Source: an uncultured Clostridia bacterium
Lineage (GTDB): Bacteria; Bacillota; Clostridia; Tissierellales; Sedimentibacteraceae
DNA: 64,000 nt
NCBI GenBank assembly: GCA_964546605.1
Contig: CAZJKK010000001.1
Location: forward strand, 3,042 to 67,041
Direction of reading: 5' to 3'
Below are positions 9,894-20,079 of the stretch, piece by piece; within the stretch, counting starts at the first letter, position 1; each line of letters opens with the position of its first letter. The notes under the pieces were generated by a model. The model saw only the letters and a list, made by a program, of their open reading frames with translations. It did no database searches and was not told the DNA's origin. The translations under genes were made by a program, and so were the position numbers.

Positions 9894-11957
9894 ATGAAAA
9901 AATTAGCAGTAGTAAGCTATACTATAGAGTCGGTAAATAGCTATTACTACCAAATTAAAAGCTTGTTTTCTGATAGCATTAAAATAAATAGGTATTGTCT
10001 AGAGGATCTCAAGAACAACAGTTCATTAAAAATTGATGCTGATGTTTTGTTGATACCTTCTTATCACTTGTTTAAGAAAATTAAACATAATATAAATAGG
10101 ACAACTGAACTATTATTTGCAAATAGGACTATTTCTAAAACAGGTATGGACAAAATAAACAAATTAAAAAATGGCTCCAAGGTAGTATTGATTGATGAAA
10201 GTCCTGAAATGGCTGAACAAATTATTTCAACCATTTATCAATTGGGAGGCAGGCATATTGAGATTAATTCTTTTTGGTCTCAAGATAAAGAAAATTTCGA
10301 GGATAAAACTTTTATTGTTTTAGGTCAGTCGGAATATATTCCTGAAAGTGCCAAGGAAATAATTAATATTGGAAACAGCCTTCTTGATATTAATTCTATA
10401 ATAGATATTGGAGCTAAGTTTGACATGTTTTCCGTCTTGGACAGGCAGGATATCGTAAAAAGCTATACAGAAATAAAGACTGCAAATTTTGGCTTTCTTC
10501 AAATGTTGGGACTAACCAACATTCGAGAAAGCCAGCTTGACATATTATTGCAGACCATTGATGCAGGGGTAATAGGGATTAATGTAGACGGCAATATATT
10601 TCTTTATAACGATATAGCAAAGGAGATATTTAACAAGGATTTTAACAATAAAGATAAAAATGGTATAAAACTGTTGCCTGAAATTCCTTTTGATTATACT
10701 TTAAAGCATTTAAAGCCTGCAGAAGAAAAAATTATAAGAGTTAACAGCTATGATGTGGTTGTATCAGTGAATCCACTCATACACTCACAAAAAATGTATG
10801 GTGCAGTAGCAATTATCAGAAAGTATCAAGATTTAGAAAATAAAGAATATATATTAAGGAAAAAGCTCATAGGCAAGGGCTATGCAGCTAAGTACAATTT
10901 TGATGATATTTACGGCAGTTCAACAGCAATTAAGGAGTGTAAAAACATTGCAATGAGAATGTCTAAATCAAATTCGTCCATACTTATTACAGGTGATACA
11001 GGAACTGGTAAAGAATTATTTGCACAAGCCATACACAATAATTCTCTTAGAAATAACTATCAGTTTGTTCCGGTTAATTGTGGAGCATTCCCTGAAAACT
11101 TGCTGGAAAGTGAGTTGTTTGGATATGAAGAGGGAGCATTTACGGGTGCAAGAAAGGGCGGAAAGCCGGGACTTTTTGAACTTGCCCACAAAGGGACATT
11201 GTTTTTAGATGAAATAACCGAAATGCCCATTAATCTTCAGGTAAAGCTGTTAAGAGTGCTTCAGGAAAGAGAAGTAGTTAGGCTTGGAGGCGACAGAATA
11301 ATTGATGTTGACATAAGAGTAATAGCAGCAACCAACAAGGACATAAAGGATTTGACTTATAAGGGTGAGTTTAGAAAAGATCTTTTTTATAGATTAAATG
11401 TGCTTCCCTTAAAAGTGCCTTCACTTAGTGAAAGGCGAGAGGATATTTTGGGATTGTTTGATTATTTAAAAAAATCCTATAAAAGCAATATGGTTTTTAC
11501 TCAAAATGCCAAAGAAATTCTTGTTAATTATAGCTGGAACGGAAATGTTAGAGAACTTCGAAATTGCGTTGAGTATCTTGTAAACCTTGACTTAGATAAA
11601 ATAGACACCAATGACCTACCTGTTTATTTAAGGGAAAATATACAAAATTCATATGAAACTAATTGCATACAACAAGATGTTTTAATAGAGTTTTTAGATA
11701 AATCAAGCAGTAACATTAAAAAATATAAATTTGTTCTTGAAAAGCTAAATGAAGCCTATGTGAACAATAAAAGAATAGGAAGAAGAAGTATTTTTGAAAT
11801 GGCCAAAAGCCAAGGTATATTCATAAGCGAACAGGAAATTAGAACCATATTAATTAATTTAGAAAAATTTAAAATGGCTGAAATAAATAAGGGGAGAAGC
11901 GGCACTGCAATAACTGAAACAGGAATTGAAGCTTTAAATCACCTGTTAATGGGTTAA
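9894..11957 (+). CDS. sigma54-dependent transcriptional activator (PAS-like + AAA+ + C-terminal winged-helix-like domain)
   Basis: GDTGTGKE, GAFTGA, LFLDEI, WNGNVREL. Confidence 0.92.
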   Translation: MKKLAVVSYTIESVNSYYYQIKSLFSDSIKINRYCLEDLKNNSSLKIDADVLLIPSYHLFKKIKHNINRTTELLFANRTISKTGMDKINKLKNGSKVVLIDESPEMAEQIISTIYQLGGRHIEINSFWSQDKENFEDKTFIVLGQSEYIPESAKEIINIGNSLLDINSIIDIGAKFDMFSVLDRQDIVKSYTEIKTANFGFLQMLGLTNIRESQLDILLQTIDAGVIGINVDGNIFLYNDIAKEIFNKDFNNKDKNGIKLLPEIPFDYTLKHLKPAEEKIIRVNSYDVVVSVNPLIHSQKMYGAVAIIRKYQDLENKEYILRKKLIGKGYAAKYNFDDIYGSSTAIKECKNIAMRMSKSNSSILITGDTGTGKELFAQAIHNNSLRNNYQFVPVNCGAFPENLLESELFGYEEGAFTGARKGGKPGLFELAHKGTLFLDEITEMPINLQVKLLRVLQEREVVRLGGDRIIDVDIRVIAATNKDIKDLTYKGEFRKDLFYRLNVLPLKVPSLSERREDILGLFDYLKKSYKSNMVFTQNAKEILVNYSWNGNVRELRNCVEYLVNLDLDKIDTNDLPVYLRENIQNSYETNCIQQDVLIEFLDKSSSNIKKYKFVLEKLNEAYVNNKRIGRRSIFEMAKSQGIFISEQEIRTILINLEKFKMAEINKGRSGTAITETGIEALNHLLMG

Positions 11958-11990
11958 ATGGTATGAATTATAATACTATTTAACCCATTT
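11948..11990. promoter_or_regulatory. candidate enhancer (UAS) inverted repeat
   Basis: AATGGGTTAAA-N21-TTTAACCCATT about 85 bp upstream of the sigma54 promoter. Confidence 0.55.
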
Positions 11991-12072
11991 TAATTTGTTT
12001 ATATATTTAAAAAGAAAATCCAGGTATGAAAAATAGAGCTTTTTGCAATGTTTTGAATTAAAGCAACCATAC

Positions 12073-12088
12073 TGGCATCATTTATGCA
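12073..12088 (+). promoter_or_regulatory. sigma54 -24/-12 promoter of iorAB-buk
   Basis: TGGCATCATTTATGCA (GG-N10-GC) directly downstream of a sigma54 activator gene. Confidence 0.85.
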
Positions 12089-12151
12089 TAATATAATTGT
12101 GGAACCAAATATTTTTAATAATTATTGAAATATTAATGAAGGAGGCACAAT

Positions 12152-13927
12152 TTGAAAAAGTTATTGACTGGAAATGAAGCTATTGCAAGAGGAGCATATG
12201 AAGCAGGAGTTCATTATGCTGCAGCTTATCCTGGAACACCTAGTACTGAAATACTGGAAAATATTGCACCATACAGTGAAATAATTGCAGAGTGGGCGCC
12301 AAATGAAAAGGTTGCTGTTGAATCAGCAGTAGGAGCATGCTATGCAGGTGCAAGAACATTGACTGCAATGAAGCATGTTGGATTAAATGTTGCTGCTGAT
12401 CCGTTTTTTACCATGGGCTATACAGGAGTTAACGGAGGTATGGTACTTATTAGTGCTGATGATCCGGGACTTCATTCATCTCAAAATGAGCAAGATAACA
12501 GATATTATGCAAGAATGGCAAAGGTTTGTATGGTAGAGCCCAGTGATAGCCAGGAATGTAAGGACATGGTTAAGGCAGCTTTAGAAATAAGCGAAAAATT
12601 TGATACTCTTGTAATGATAAGAATGACGACAAGACTTTGTCACAGCAAGTCCATAGTTGAATTTGGCGAAAGAACCGAAGTGCCAATAAAGACATACACA
12701 AAGAATACTAACAAGTATTTAATTGCACCTGCAGTAGCTAAACAGCTGCATCTTGTAGTGGAGCAAAGACTTAAGGAACTTGAACTTTATTCAAATGTAA
12801 CAGATTTAAATCACATCGAATGGAATGATAAAAAAACAGGAGTTATATCAGCCGGTGTTGCCTATCAGTATGCAAGAGAAGTGTTTGGTGATTCTGCATC
12901 TTATATGAAAATAGGATTAACATATCCTCTTCCTATGGAAAAAATAAGGAAGTTTGCTGAACAGGTTGAAACATTGTATGTGGTAGAAGAGCTGGAGCCA
13001 TTTATGGAAGAGCAAATAAAAGCAGCGGGTATAAGTTGTATTGGCAAAGATAAAATACCTAATACATGGGAGTTAAATCCTGATGTAGTAGAAAAATCCC
13101 TATTAAATACTCAAAAAACTACTATTGATTACGACAAAAACATAGCTGTTGGAAGACCACCTACACTTTGCGCAGGTTGTCCTCACAGAGCATTTTATTA
13201 TGAATTGTCCAAGAAGAAAGATGTTATGATTACAGGAGACATAGGATGTTACACATTAGGAGGAGCAGCGCCTCTAAATGCCATGGATACTGTAATTTGT
13301 ATGGGTGCAAGCGTTTCTGCAGCTCATGGGGCTAAAAAGGTTTTTGAAAAAAATAATGTTAAAAAGAGATTAGTAGCAACTATTGGAGATTCAACATTCT
13401 TCCATTCAGGTATGACAAGCTTATTGGATGTTGTTTATAATAATTCAAATACTATAACATGCATATTGGATAACCGTATAACAGCCATGACAGGTCATCA
13501 GGAAAACCCGGGCACAGGCTATACATTGCAAGGACAGGATGCATATATAACTGATATTGCAGAGGTTGTAAAGGCATTAGGTATTAAGCATATAAAACAA
13601 GTTAACCCTTTGAACAATACGGAAATGAAAGGGGCATTGGATTGGGCATTTGAGCTTAATGAGCCATCAGTTATTATTTCTAGATATCCATGTGCCTTAA
13701 AACATTATTCAGAATATGATTTGAATGAGTTTGGCCCAATAGAAGGAGTATGTGAGGTAGACCAGGAAAAATGCATTGGATGCAAGAAGTGCGTTGGAAC
13801 AGGCTGCCCGGCAATTCATTTCCAAAAAGAAATCAAAAAGTCATCTATTAACAAAAGTCAATGCGTAGGCTGTACATTGTGTATGCAGGTATGCCCTGTA
13901 AAAGCTATTTTTAAGGTAGGTGAATAA
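12152..13927 (+). CDS. iorA: indolepyruvate ferredoxin oxidoreductase alpha subunit
   Basis: GNEAIARG, YPGTPS, MKHVGLNVAAD, RPPTLCAGCPH, GDIGCY, GDSTFFHSG, C-terminal 2x[4Fe-4S]; TTG start with GGAGG RBS. Confidence 0.95.
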   Translation: MKKLLTGNEAIARGAYEAGVHYAAAYPGTPSTEILENIAPYSEIIAEWAPNEKVAVESAVGACYAGARTLTAMKHVGLNVAADPFFTMGYTGVNGGMVLISADDPGLHSSQNEQDNRYYARMAKVCMVEPSDSQECKDMVKAALEISEKFDTLVMIRMTTRLCHSKSIVEFGERTEVPIKTYTKNTNKYLIAPAVAKQLHLVVEQRLKELELYSNVTDLNHIEWNDKKTGVISAGVAYQYAREVFGDSASYMKIGLTYPLPMEKIRKFAEQVETLYVVEELEPFMEEQIKAAGISCIGKDKIPNTWELNPDVVEKSLLNTQKTTIDYDKNIAVGRPPTLCAGCPHRAFYYELSKKKDVMITGDIGCYTLGGAAPLNAMDTVICMGASVSAAHGAKKVFEKNNVKKRLVATIGDSTFFHSGMTSLLDVVYNNSNTITCILDNRITAMTGHQENPGTGYTLQGQDAYITDIAEVVKALGIKHIKQVNPLNNTEMKGALDWAFELNEPSVIISRYPCALKHYSEYDLNEFGPIEGVCEVDQEKCIGCKKCVGTGCPAIHFQKEIKKSSINKSQCVGCTLCMQVCPVKAIFKVGE

Positions 13928-13928
13928 T

Positions 13929-14513
13929 ATGAATAAGAATATTTTATTAGTTGGAGTAGGCGGACAAGGTACAATTTTGGTCAGTAAAATTTTATCAACA
14001 GGCCTTATGGAAGCAGGCTATGATGTAAAGATGTCTGAAATTCATGGTATGGCTCAAAGAGGCGGAAGTGTTTCAACTCAAGTCAGATATGGTGAAAAAG
14101 TATATTCTCCTATCATCGGAATTGGAGACGCAGATATTCTCGTAACATTTGAAACTATGGAAGCAATAAGATGGCTTGAATATTTAAAACCATCAGGAGT
14201 TGTTGTTATAAATGACTATAAAATACCTTCTGCCCCAATTCTTTCAGGCAAAGCAGATTATCCTGAAGGAATTATAGAGTTAATACAAGAAAAAGCAAAC
14301 ACAAAGGTTATAAATGCTGCTGAAATAGCAGAAAACCTAGGAAATAGCAAGGTTATGAACGTTGTTTTACTGGGTGCCTTAGTTAAATCCATGAAGCTTA
14401 CGGATATTGATTGGGAAAATGTAATTAAGAACACTGTAAAAGAACAATTTGCAGATATAAACATAAAAGCTTTGTACGCAGGCATGGAAAGCGTGGAGCT
14501 TTCTGAAGTATAA
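13929..14513 (+). CDS. iorB: indolepyruvate ferredoxin oxidoreductase beta subunit
   Basis: GVGGQGTIL, SEIHGMAQRGGSV. Confidence 0.95.
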   Translation: MNKNILLVGVGGQGTILVSKILSTGLMEAGYDVKMSEIHGMAQRGGSVSTQVRYGEKVYSPIIGIGDADILVTFETMEAIRWLEYLKPSGVVVINDYKIPSAPILSGKADYPEGIIELIQEKANTKVINAAEIAENLGNSKVMNVVLLGALVKSMKLTDIDWENVIKNTVKEQFADINIKALYAGMESVELSEV

Positions 14514-14535
14514 AGTTAAACTAAAGGTGATGAAT

Positions 14536-15603
14536 ATGAGCTATAAAGTACTTGCAATAAATCCCGGTTCCACATCAACAAAGATATCCTTATATGAAGA
14601 TGATAAGGAAATATTTACAAAAAAATTAGAACATACATTAGAAGAAATAGAAAAATATGATAATGTAGAAGATCAACTACGTATGAGAGAAGAGCTTGTA
14701 ATATCTTCTCTTAAAGAAAAAAACATTGATATTAAAGAGTTGTCTGCAGTTGTGGCAAGAGGGGGAATGCTTCCTCCTGTTAAAGCCGGTGCTTATATAA
14801 TTAACGATTTAATGATCGACAGGGTAATAAACAGACCCATAATGGATCATGCTTCAAATTTTGCAGCACCAATTGCTTATGAAATTGCGAAATCCTTAAA
14901 TATACCCTCCTATATATATGATTCGGTCATGGCAGATGAGCTTCCTGATATTGCTCGCATATCAGGAATGCCTGATTTGCCCAGAACTTCAGCAAGTCAT
15001 GTGTTAAATACTAGAGCAATGGCTATTAAGGCAGCAAAAGAACGAGGCAAATCATATAATGACATGACTGTTATTGTGGCGCATTTAGGCGGAGGCATAT
15101 CCGTAAACGTTCATGAAAAAGGCAGAATAATAGATTTGGTATCTGATGACGAAGGACCATTTTCACCGGAAAGATCAGGCAGAGTTCCATGCAGGGAATT
15201 AATAAATTTATGTTATTCCGGAAAATATGATAAAAAGACAATGCAAAAGAAGCTTCGAGGAAATGGAGGATTAAAAGCATATTTAAATACAGTCGATGCA
15301 AGAGATGTTCAAAACATGATTGCTGAAGGTAATGAATATGCAAAGCTTGTTTATGAGGCAATGGCTTATCAAATAGCAAAAGCCATAGGTGAACTGGCAA
15401 CTGTAGTTGAAGGTAATGTGGATTTAATAATACTTACCGGGGGTATTGCATATTCCCAAATGCTTACAGATTGGATTGTAAAAAGAGTTAAATTTATAGC
15501 TCCCGTTGAAATAATGGCAGGAGAAAATGAAATGGAATCACTTGCTTTTGGTGCTCTAAGAGTATTAAAGGGTGAAGAAGCAGCAAAAGAATATACAGAA
15601 TAA
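14536..15603 (+). CDS. buk: butyrate / branched-chain carboxylate kinase
   Basis: INPGSTSTK, HASN, HLGGGISV, GPFSPERSG, LTGGIA, GENE. Confidence 0.93.
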   Translation: MSYKVLAINPGSTSTKISLYEDDKEIFTKKLEHTLEEIEKYDNVEDQLRMREELVISSLKEKNIDIKELSAVVARGGMLPPVKAGAYIINDLMIDRVINRPIMDHASNFAAPIAYEIAKSLNIPSYIYDSVMADELPDIARISGMPDLPRTSASHVLNTRAMAIKAAKERGKSYNDMTVIVAHLGGGISVNVHEKGRIIDLVSDDEGPFSPERSGRVPCRELINLCYSGKYDKKTMQKKLRGNGGLKAYLNTVDARDVQNMIAEGNEYAKLVYEAMAYQIAKAIGELATVVEGNVDLIILTGGIAYSQMLTDWIVKRVKFIAPVEIMAGENEMESLAFGALRVLKGEEAAKEYTE

Positions 15604-15608
15604 GATAT

Positions 15609-15642
15609 AAAATACAAGACTTTATGTGTCTTGTATTTTTTT
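15609..15642 (+). terminator. intrinsic terminator after buk
   Basis: AAAATACAAGAC...GTCTTGTATTTT + T run. Confidence 0.85.
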
Positions 15643-15655
15643 GTTATTTGTTTAG

Positions 15656-15712
15656 AAAAACACGATTTATCGTTTTGAACATCAATTAATAGTTCGTAAT
15701 AATACGAAATAA
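15656..15712. promoter_or_regulatory. probable PurR boxes
   Basis: Several CGAA/TTCG-type cores (GTTCGT, ACGAAA) upstream of the pur promoter, as in Firmicute PurBoxes. Confidence 0.45.
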
Positions 15713-15747
15713 AAAATAAAATGTTTTAAAAATAGTCTTATTTTCTA

Positions 15748-15776
15748 TTGACACTCATCTACATGTTTGATACTAT
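15748..15776 (+). promoter_or_regulatory. sigmaA promoter of pur operon
   Basis: TTGACA-17 bp-TACTAT with extended TG. Confidence 0.75.
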
Positions 15777-15821
15777 ATATTTGAAAATGGTATTATTAGA
15801 GTATAAAAAAGGATGGTTGGT

Positions 15822-18800
15822 ATGAACACTAAAGTCAGAAGAATATATGTAGAAAAAAAGCAAGGTTTCGATACTGAAGCTATTAATCTTAAGAATGACC
15901 TTAATGAAAACCTTCAGCTTAATAATTTAAAAAATGTTCGTATAGTTAATAGATATGATGTATCTCATATAAGTGAGGAAGATTTTCAAAATGCTGTTAA
16001 AAATGTATTTTCGGAACCTAATCAGGACAATGTTCTTGATGAAATTCCATCTCATAATATATTTGCTGTTGAATTTTTACCTGGACAATATGACCAAAGG
16101 GCTGATTCTGCAGCACAATGTATTCAAATAGTTACAGGCAAGGAAAAACCTCTCGTCAAATATGCTAAGGTGTTAGTTTTTGAAGGTGAAATATCCAAAG
16201 ATGATATACAAAAAATTAAAGAATATTACATTAACCCTGTAGATTCAAGAGAGGCTGGTTTAGGTGTTTTTGAAACACTTGATGACGAATATCCTGAACC
16301 AAGCAGTGTTGAATGTTTAGAAAACTTTATAAACAAATCTGAGAAAGAACTGGAAGAATTCCGTTTAGGCAGGGGTCTTGCCATGAGTTTTGAGGATTTG
16401 CTTTTTTGTCAGGAATATTTTAAAAAAACGGAAAAAAGAAACCCGACCATAACAGAAATTAAGGTTATTGATACTTATTGGTCTGATCATTGCAGACATA
16501 CAACATTTTCTACTGTCATAGAAAATGTTGAATTTGAAAAGGGTATTATTACTAATGAAATAAAAAACACTTATGATGAATATTTAAAAACAAGAGAGTA
16601 TGTATATGAAGAAAAGATAAAAGTAAAAGACATATCTTTAATGGATCTTGGAACTATTGGTGCTAAGGAATTAAGGAAAAAGGGACTTTTAGATGACCTG
16701 GAGGTTTCTGAAGAAATTAATGCTTGCAGCATAAGAATCACTGTAGATGTGGACGGTAAGGATGAAGAATGGCTTTTAATGTTTAAAAATGAAACCCATA
16801 ATCACCCTACAGAAATAGAGCCATTTGGTGGAGCAGCAACATGTCTTGGTGGGGCCATAAGAGACCCACTTTCAGGACGTTCCTATGTATACCAAGCAAT
16901 GCGTATTACAGGAAGTGGTGACCCAAGACAAAAATTACAAGATACACTGCCGGGAAAGCTTCCCCAAAGAAAGATTTCAAAGGAAGCAGCGGCAGGCTAC
17001 AGCTCCTATGGCAATCAAATAGGGCTTGCCACAGGTTATGTAAATGAAATTTATCACCCTGATTATGTAGCTAAAAGAATGGAGGTTGGTGCAGTTATTG
17101 CAGCAGCTCCAAGTGAAAATGTAAAAAGGGAAGAGCCGCAAAAGGGAGATGTAATAATACTTCTTGGCGGAAGAACAGGCAGAGACGGCATTGGTGGAGC
17201 AACAGGTTCCTCTAAGGAACATACAGATGAATCCATATTATTATGCGGTTCTGAAGTTCAAAAAGGAAATGCACCAACTGAAAGAAAAATTCAAAGGTTG
17301 TTTAGAAACCCTGCTGTGAGCAAAATGATAAAAAGATGCAATGATTTTGGTGCTGGCGGAGTATCAGTTGCCATAGGTGAGCTAGCTCCCGGGCTTAACA
17401 TAAATTTAGACTTAGTTCCTAAAAAATATGAAGGGCTTGATGGAACTGAGCTTGCCATATCAGAATCACAAGAAAGAATGGCTGTTGTAATTAGAAAAGA
17501 GGATGTTGAAAAATTTAAAGAATATTCTCATGAAGAAAACTTAGAATCAACAGTTGTTGCTTGGGTAACAGATGACAGAAGGCTTACAATGACATGGAAG
17601 GGTACAAAAATATTAAATATATCAAGAGACTTCCTGGACACTAATGGTGTTAAGCAAAAAGTAAATGTATTTGTTAAGGAACCGCAAAAAGTATTTATTC
17701 AATTAAACATAGACAATAGCTTAAAAGATATGTGGCTCTCTAATTTAAAAGATTTAAACGTAGCAAGCCAAAAAGGAATGGTTGAAAGATTTGATTCAAC
17801 AGTGGGAGCAGGGTCAGTGTTGGTGCCTTTCGGAGGAAAGACACAGCTTACCCCTGCTGAAGGCATGGCTGCTAAAATTTCTGTGCTTAATGGGGTAACA
17901 AACACTTGTTCCTTAATGACATATGGATTTGATCCATATTTGTCAAAGGAAAGCCCATATCACGGAGCAATGTATGCTGTAATTCATTCTCTTGCAAAAA
18001 TAGTTGCCATGGGTGGGGATTATAAAAATGTGAGGCTTACATTCCAGGAATACTTTGAAAAATTAAACAAAGAACCGGAAAGATGGGGTAAACCATTGAG
18101 CGCTCTTTTAGGAGCATTTAAGGTTCAGCATGAGTTGAAAATTCCTTCAATAGGTGGCAAGGACAGCATGTCCGGAACATTTAAGGATATAAGCGTTCCT
18201 CCAACCCTAATAAGCTTTGCTGTTGCAGCTGAAAATGTTAAAAATATTATTTCGCCAGAATTTAAAAAAGCAGGCAGCAATGTGTTATTAGTTAAAATTA
18301 ATAAGGACGAGAATAATATTCCGGATTTTGAAGATGTAAAAATCAAATATTCTGCAATACATGACGCAATAATCAAGGGACAAATTTTAAGCGCCCACAC
18401 TGTAGGTCATGGAGGAATTGCTGCAGCCATTAGCAAAATGGCATTGGGAAATAATATTGGCTTTAAAACAAAGGATAATTTACACTTAAGCTCAAATGAT
18501 TGGTTTAGCCCATGTTATGGTGATATAATTCTTGAAGTTGAAAAAAATACAAATTTATGTGACAGTATTGAAATAGGCTTCACAACAGATGTTAAAAGCA
18601 TAGTTGTTAATAGTTCACTTACATTAGATTTAGAAGAAATTGAAAATACATGGTTAGAACCTTTAAATAAAATTTATCCTGTTAAAAAAGATGTAGAAGG
18701 TAAAATTGAAAACTATAAATTTGAAGGCAAATTTGCAGGTGCAAAGCTAAAAGCATCTGTTAATATTGCAAAACCGCAAGTGTTTATACCTGCATTTCCC

Positions 18801-19568
18801 GGGACGAACTGCGAATTCGACACAAAACGAGCTTTTGACAGAGCTGGTGCTCTTTCAAACATATTTGTATTTAAAAACTTAAGCTCACAGGACGTTAAAC
18901 AGTCTATTGAAGAAATGGCAAGACGAATTAAAGAGTCTCAAATTATTGCATTCCCGGGTGGTTTTTCAGCCGGAGATGAGCCTGAAGGTTCAGGAAAGTT
19001 TATTGCAGCAGTATTTAAAAATGAGCTATTAAAGGATGCTGTTATGGATTTGTTAAAAAACAGAGATGGGTTAATAATAGGCATATGCAATGGATTCCAA
19101 GCGCTTATTAAGTTAGGACTTGTGCCGTTCGGTGAAATAGTTGATATAAAGGATGATTATCCAACCTTGACCTACAACCATATTTCCAGACACGTTTCTA
19201 CTTTTGCCAAAACAAAGGTTGTGAACAATATGTCACCATGGTTAAGCATGTGCAACGTAGGTGATGTTCACCAATTGCCTGTTTCTCATGGCGAAGGAAG
19301 ATTTGTTGCAAATAAAGAATGGATAAAATTATTAAAACAAAATAATCAAATAGCCACTCAATATGTGGATGAAAACAACAATCCGACCTATGATGGTCTT
19401 TACAACATAAACGGTTCAATTGAAGCCATAGAAGGTATTACAAGCCCTGATGGCAGGGTATTTGGTAAAATGGCTCACTCTGAACGACTTGACAATGATT
19501 TATATAAAAACATTCCGGGAAATAAAGATCAATTGATTTTTGAATCCGGAGTTAAATATTTCAAATAA
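15822..19568 (+). CDS. purL: phosphoribosylformylglycinamidine synthase, single-chain clostridial type
   Basis: WSDHCRH, KNETHNHPTEIEPFGGAATC, C-terminal glutaminase (PGTNCE, GICNGFQ, HSER). Confidence 0.96.
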   Translation: MNTKVRRIYVEKKQGFDTEAINLKNDLNENLQLNNLKNVRIVNRYDVSHISEEDFQNAVKNVFSEPNQDNVLDEIPSHNIFAVEFLPGQYDQRADSAAQCIQIVTGKEKPLVKYAKVLVFEGEISKDDIQKIKEYYINPVDSREAGLGVFETLDDEYPEPSSVECLENFINKSEKELEEFRLGRGLAMSFEDLLFCQEYFKKTEKRNPTITEIKVIDTYWSDHCRHTTFSTVIENVEFEKGIITNEIKNTYDEYLKTREYVYEEKIKVKDISLMDLGTIGAKELRKKGLLDDLEVSEEINACSIRITVDVDGKDEEWLLMFKNETHNHPTEIEPFGGAATCLGGAIRDPLSGRSYVYQAMRITGSGDPRQKLQDTLPGKLPQRKISKEAAAGYSSYGNQIGLATGYVNEIYHPDYVAKRMEVGAVIAAAPSENVKREEPQKGDVIILLGGRTGRDGIGGATGSSKEHTDESILLCGSEVQKGNAPTERKIQRLFRNPAVSKMIKRCNDFGAGGVSVAIGELAPGLNINLDLVPKKYEGLDGTELAISESQERMAVVIRKEDVEKFKEYSHEENLESTVVAWVTDDRRLTMTWKGTKILNISRDFLDTNGVKQKVNVFVKEPQKVFIQLNIDNSLKDMWLSNLKDLNVASQKGMVERFDSTVGAGSVLVPFGGKTQLTPAEGMAAKISVLNGVTNTCSLMTYGFDPYLSKESPYHGAMYAVIHSLAKIVAMGGDYKNVRLTFQEYFEKLNKEPERWGKPLSALLGAFKVQHELKIPSIGGKDSMSGTFKDISVPPTLISFAVAAENVKNIISPEFKKAGSNVLLVKINKDENNIPDFEDVKIKYSAIHDAIIKGQILSAHTVGHGGIAAAISKMALGNNIGFKTKDNLHLSSNDWFSPCYGDIILEVEKNTNLCDSIEIGFTTDVKSIVVNSSLTLDLEEIENTWLEPLNKIYPVKKDVEGKIENYKFEGKFAGAKLKASVNIAKPQVFIPAFPGTNCEFDTKRAFDRAGALSNIFVFKNLSSQDVKQSIEEMARRIKESQIIAFPGGFSAGDEPEGSGKFIAAVFKNELLKDAVMDLLKNRDGLIIGICNGFQALIKLGLVPFGEIVDIKDDYPTLTYNHISRHVSTFAKTKVVNNMSPWLSMCNVGDVHQLPVSHGEGRFVANKEWIKLLKQNNQIATQYVDENNNPTYDGLYNINGSIEAIEGITSPDGRVFGKMAHSERLDNDLYKNIPGNKDQLIFESGVKYFK

Positions 19569-19580
19569 GTGGAGGTAATT

Positions 19581-20078
19581 ATGAAGGTAGCAATAATAAT
19601 GGGCAGTGATTCAGATTTTCCTGTAGTGGAAAATGGATACAACATATTAAAAGATTTTGGCGTAGAGGTAGATGTGAGAGTACTATCAGCTCACAGAACT
19701 CCGGATGAAGCCATTAACTTTGCCAAAAATGCAGAAGCAAACGGATATGAGGTAATAATAGGTGCTGCAGGTAAGGCTGCACATTTGCCAGGTGTTTTAG
19801 CAGGCTGCACACCCCTTCCTGTAATAGGAATTCCTATTAAGTCATCGGAACTTGATGGAATGGATGCGCTTTATTCAATAGTTCAAATGCCTCCTGGAGT
19901 TCCTGTTGCAACAGTTGCAATAAACGGGGCACAGAATGCTGCTTTGTTGGCAATTCAAATATTATCTGTAAAGTACGAGGAATTAAGAATAAAGTTTAAA
20001 ACTTATAAACATCAAATGGCTGAAAAAGTGTATGAAAAAAATAAGAAATTAAATGAAAAACTAAATGGGGAAAAATAA
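19581..20078 (+). CDS. purE: N5-CAIR mutase / AIR carboxylase
   Basis: IMGSDSD, SAHRTP, AAHLPG, SIVQMPPGVPVATV. Confidence 0.97.
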   Translation: MKVAIIMGSDSDFPVVENGYNILKDFGVEVDVRVLSAHRTPDEAINFAKNAEANGYEVIIGAAGKAAHLPGVLAGCTPLPVIGIPIKSSELDGMDALYSIVQMPPGVPVATVAINGAQNAALLAIQILSVKYEELRIKFKTYKHQMAEKVYEKNKKLNEKLNGEK

Positions 20079-20079
20079 T

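Noticed and set aside
15620-15820. Purine or ZTP riboswitch before purL
   Set aside because: The leader after the promoter is only about 40 nt and has no aptamer motifs
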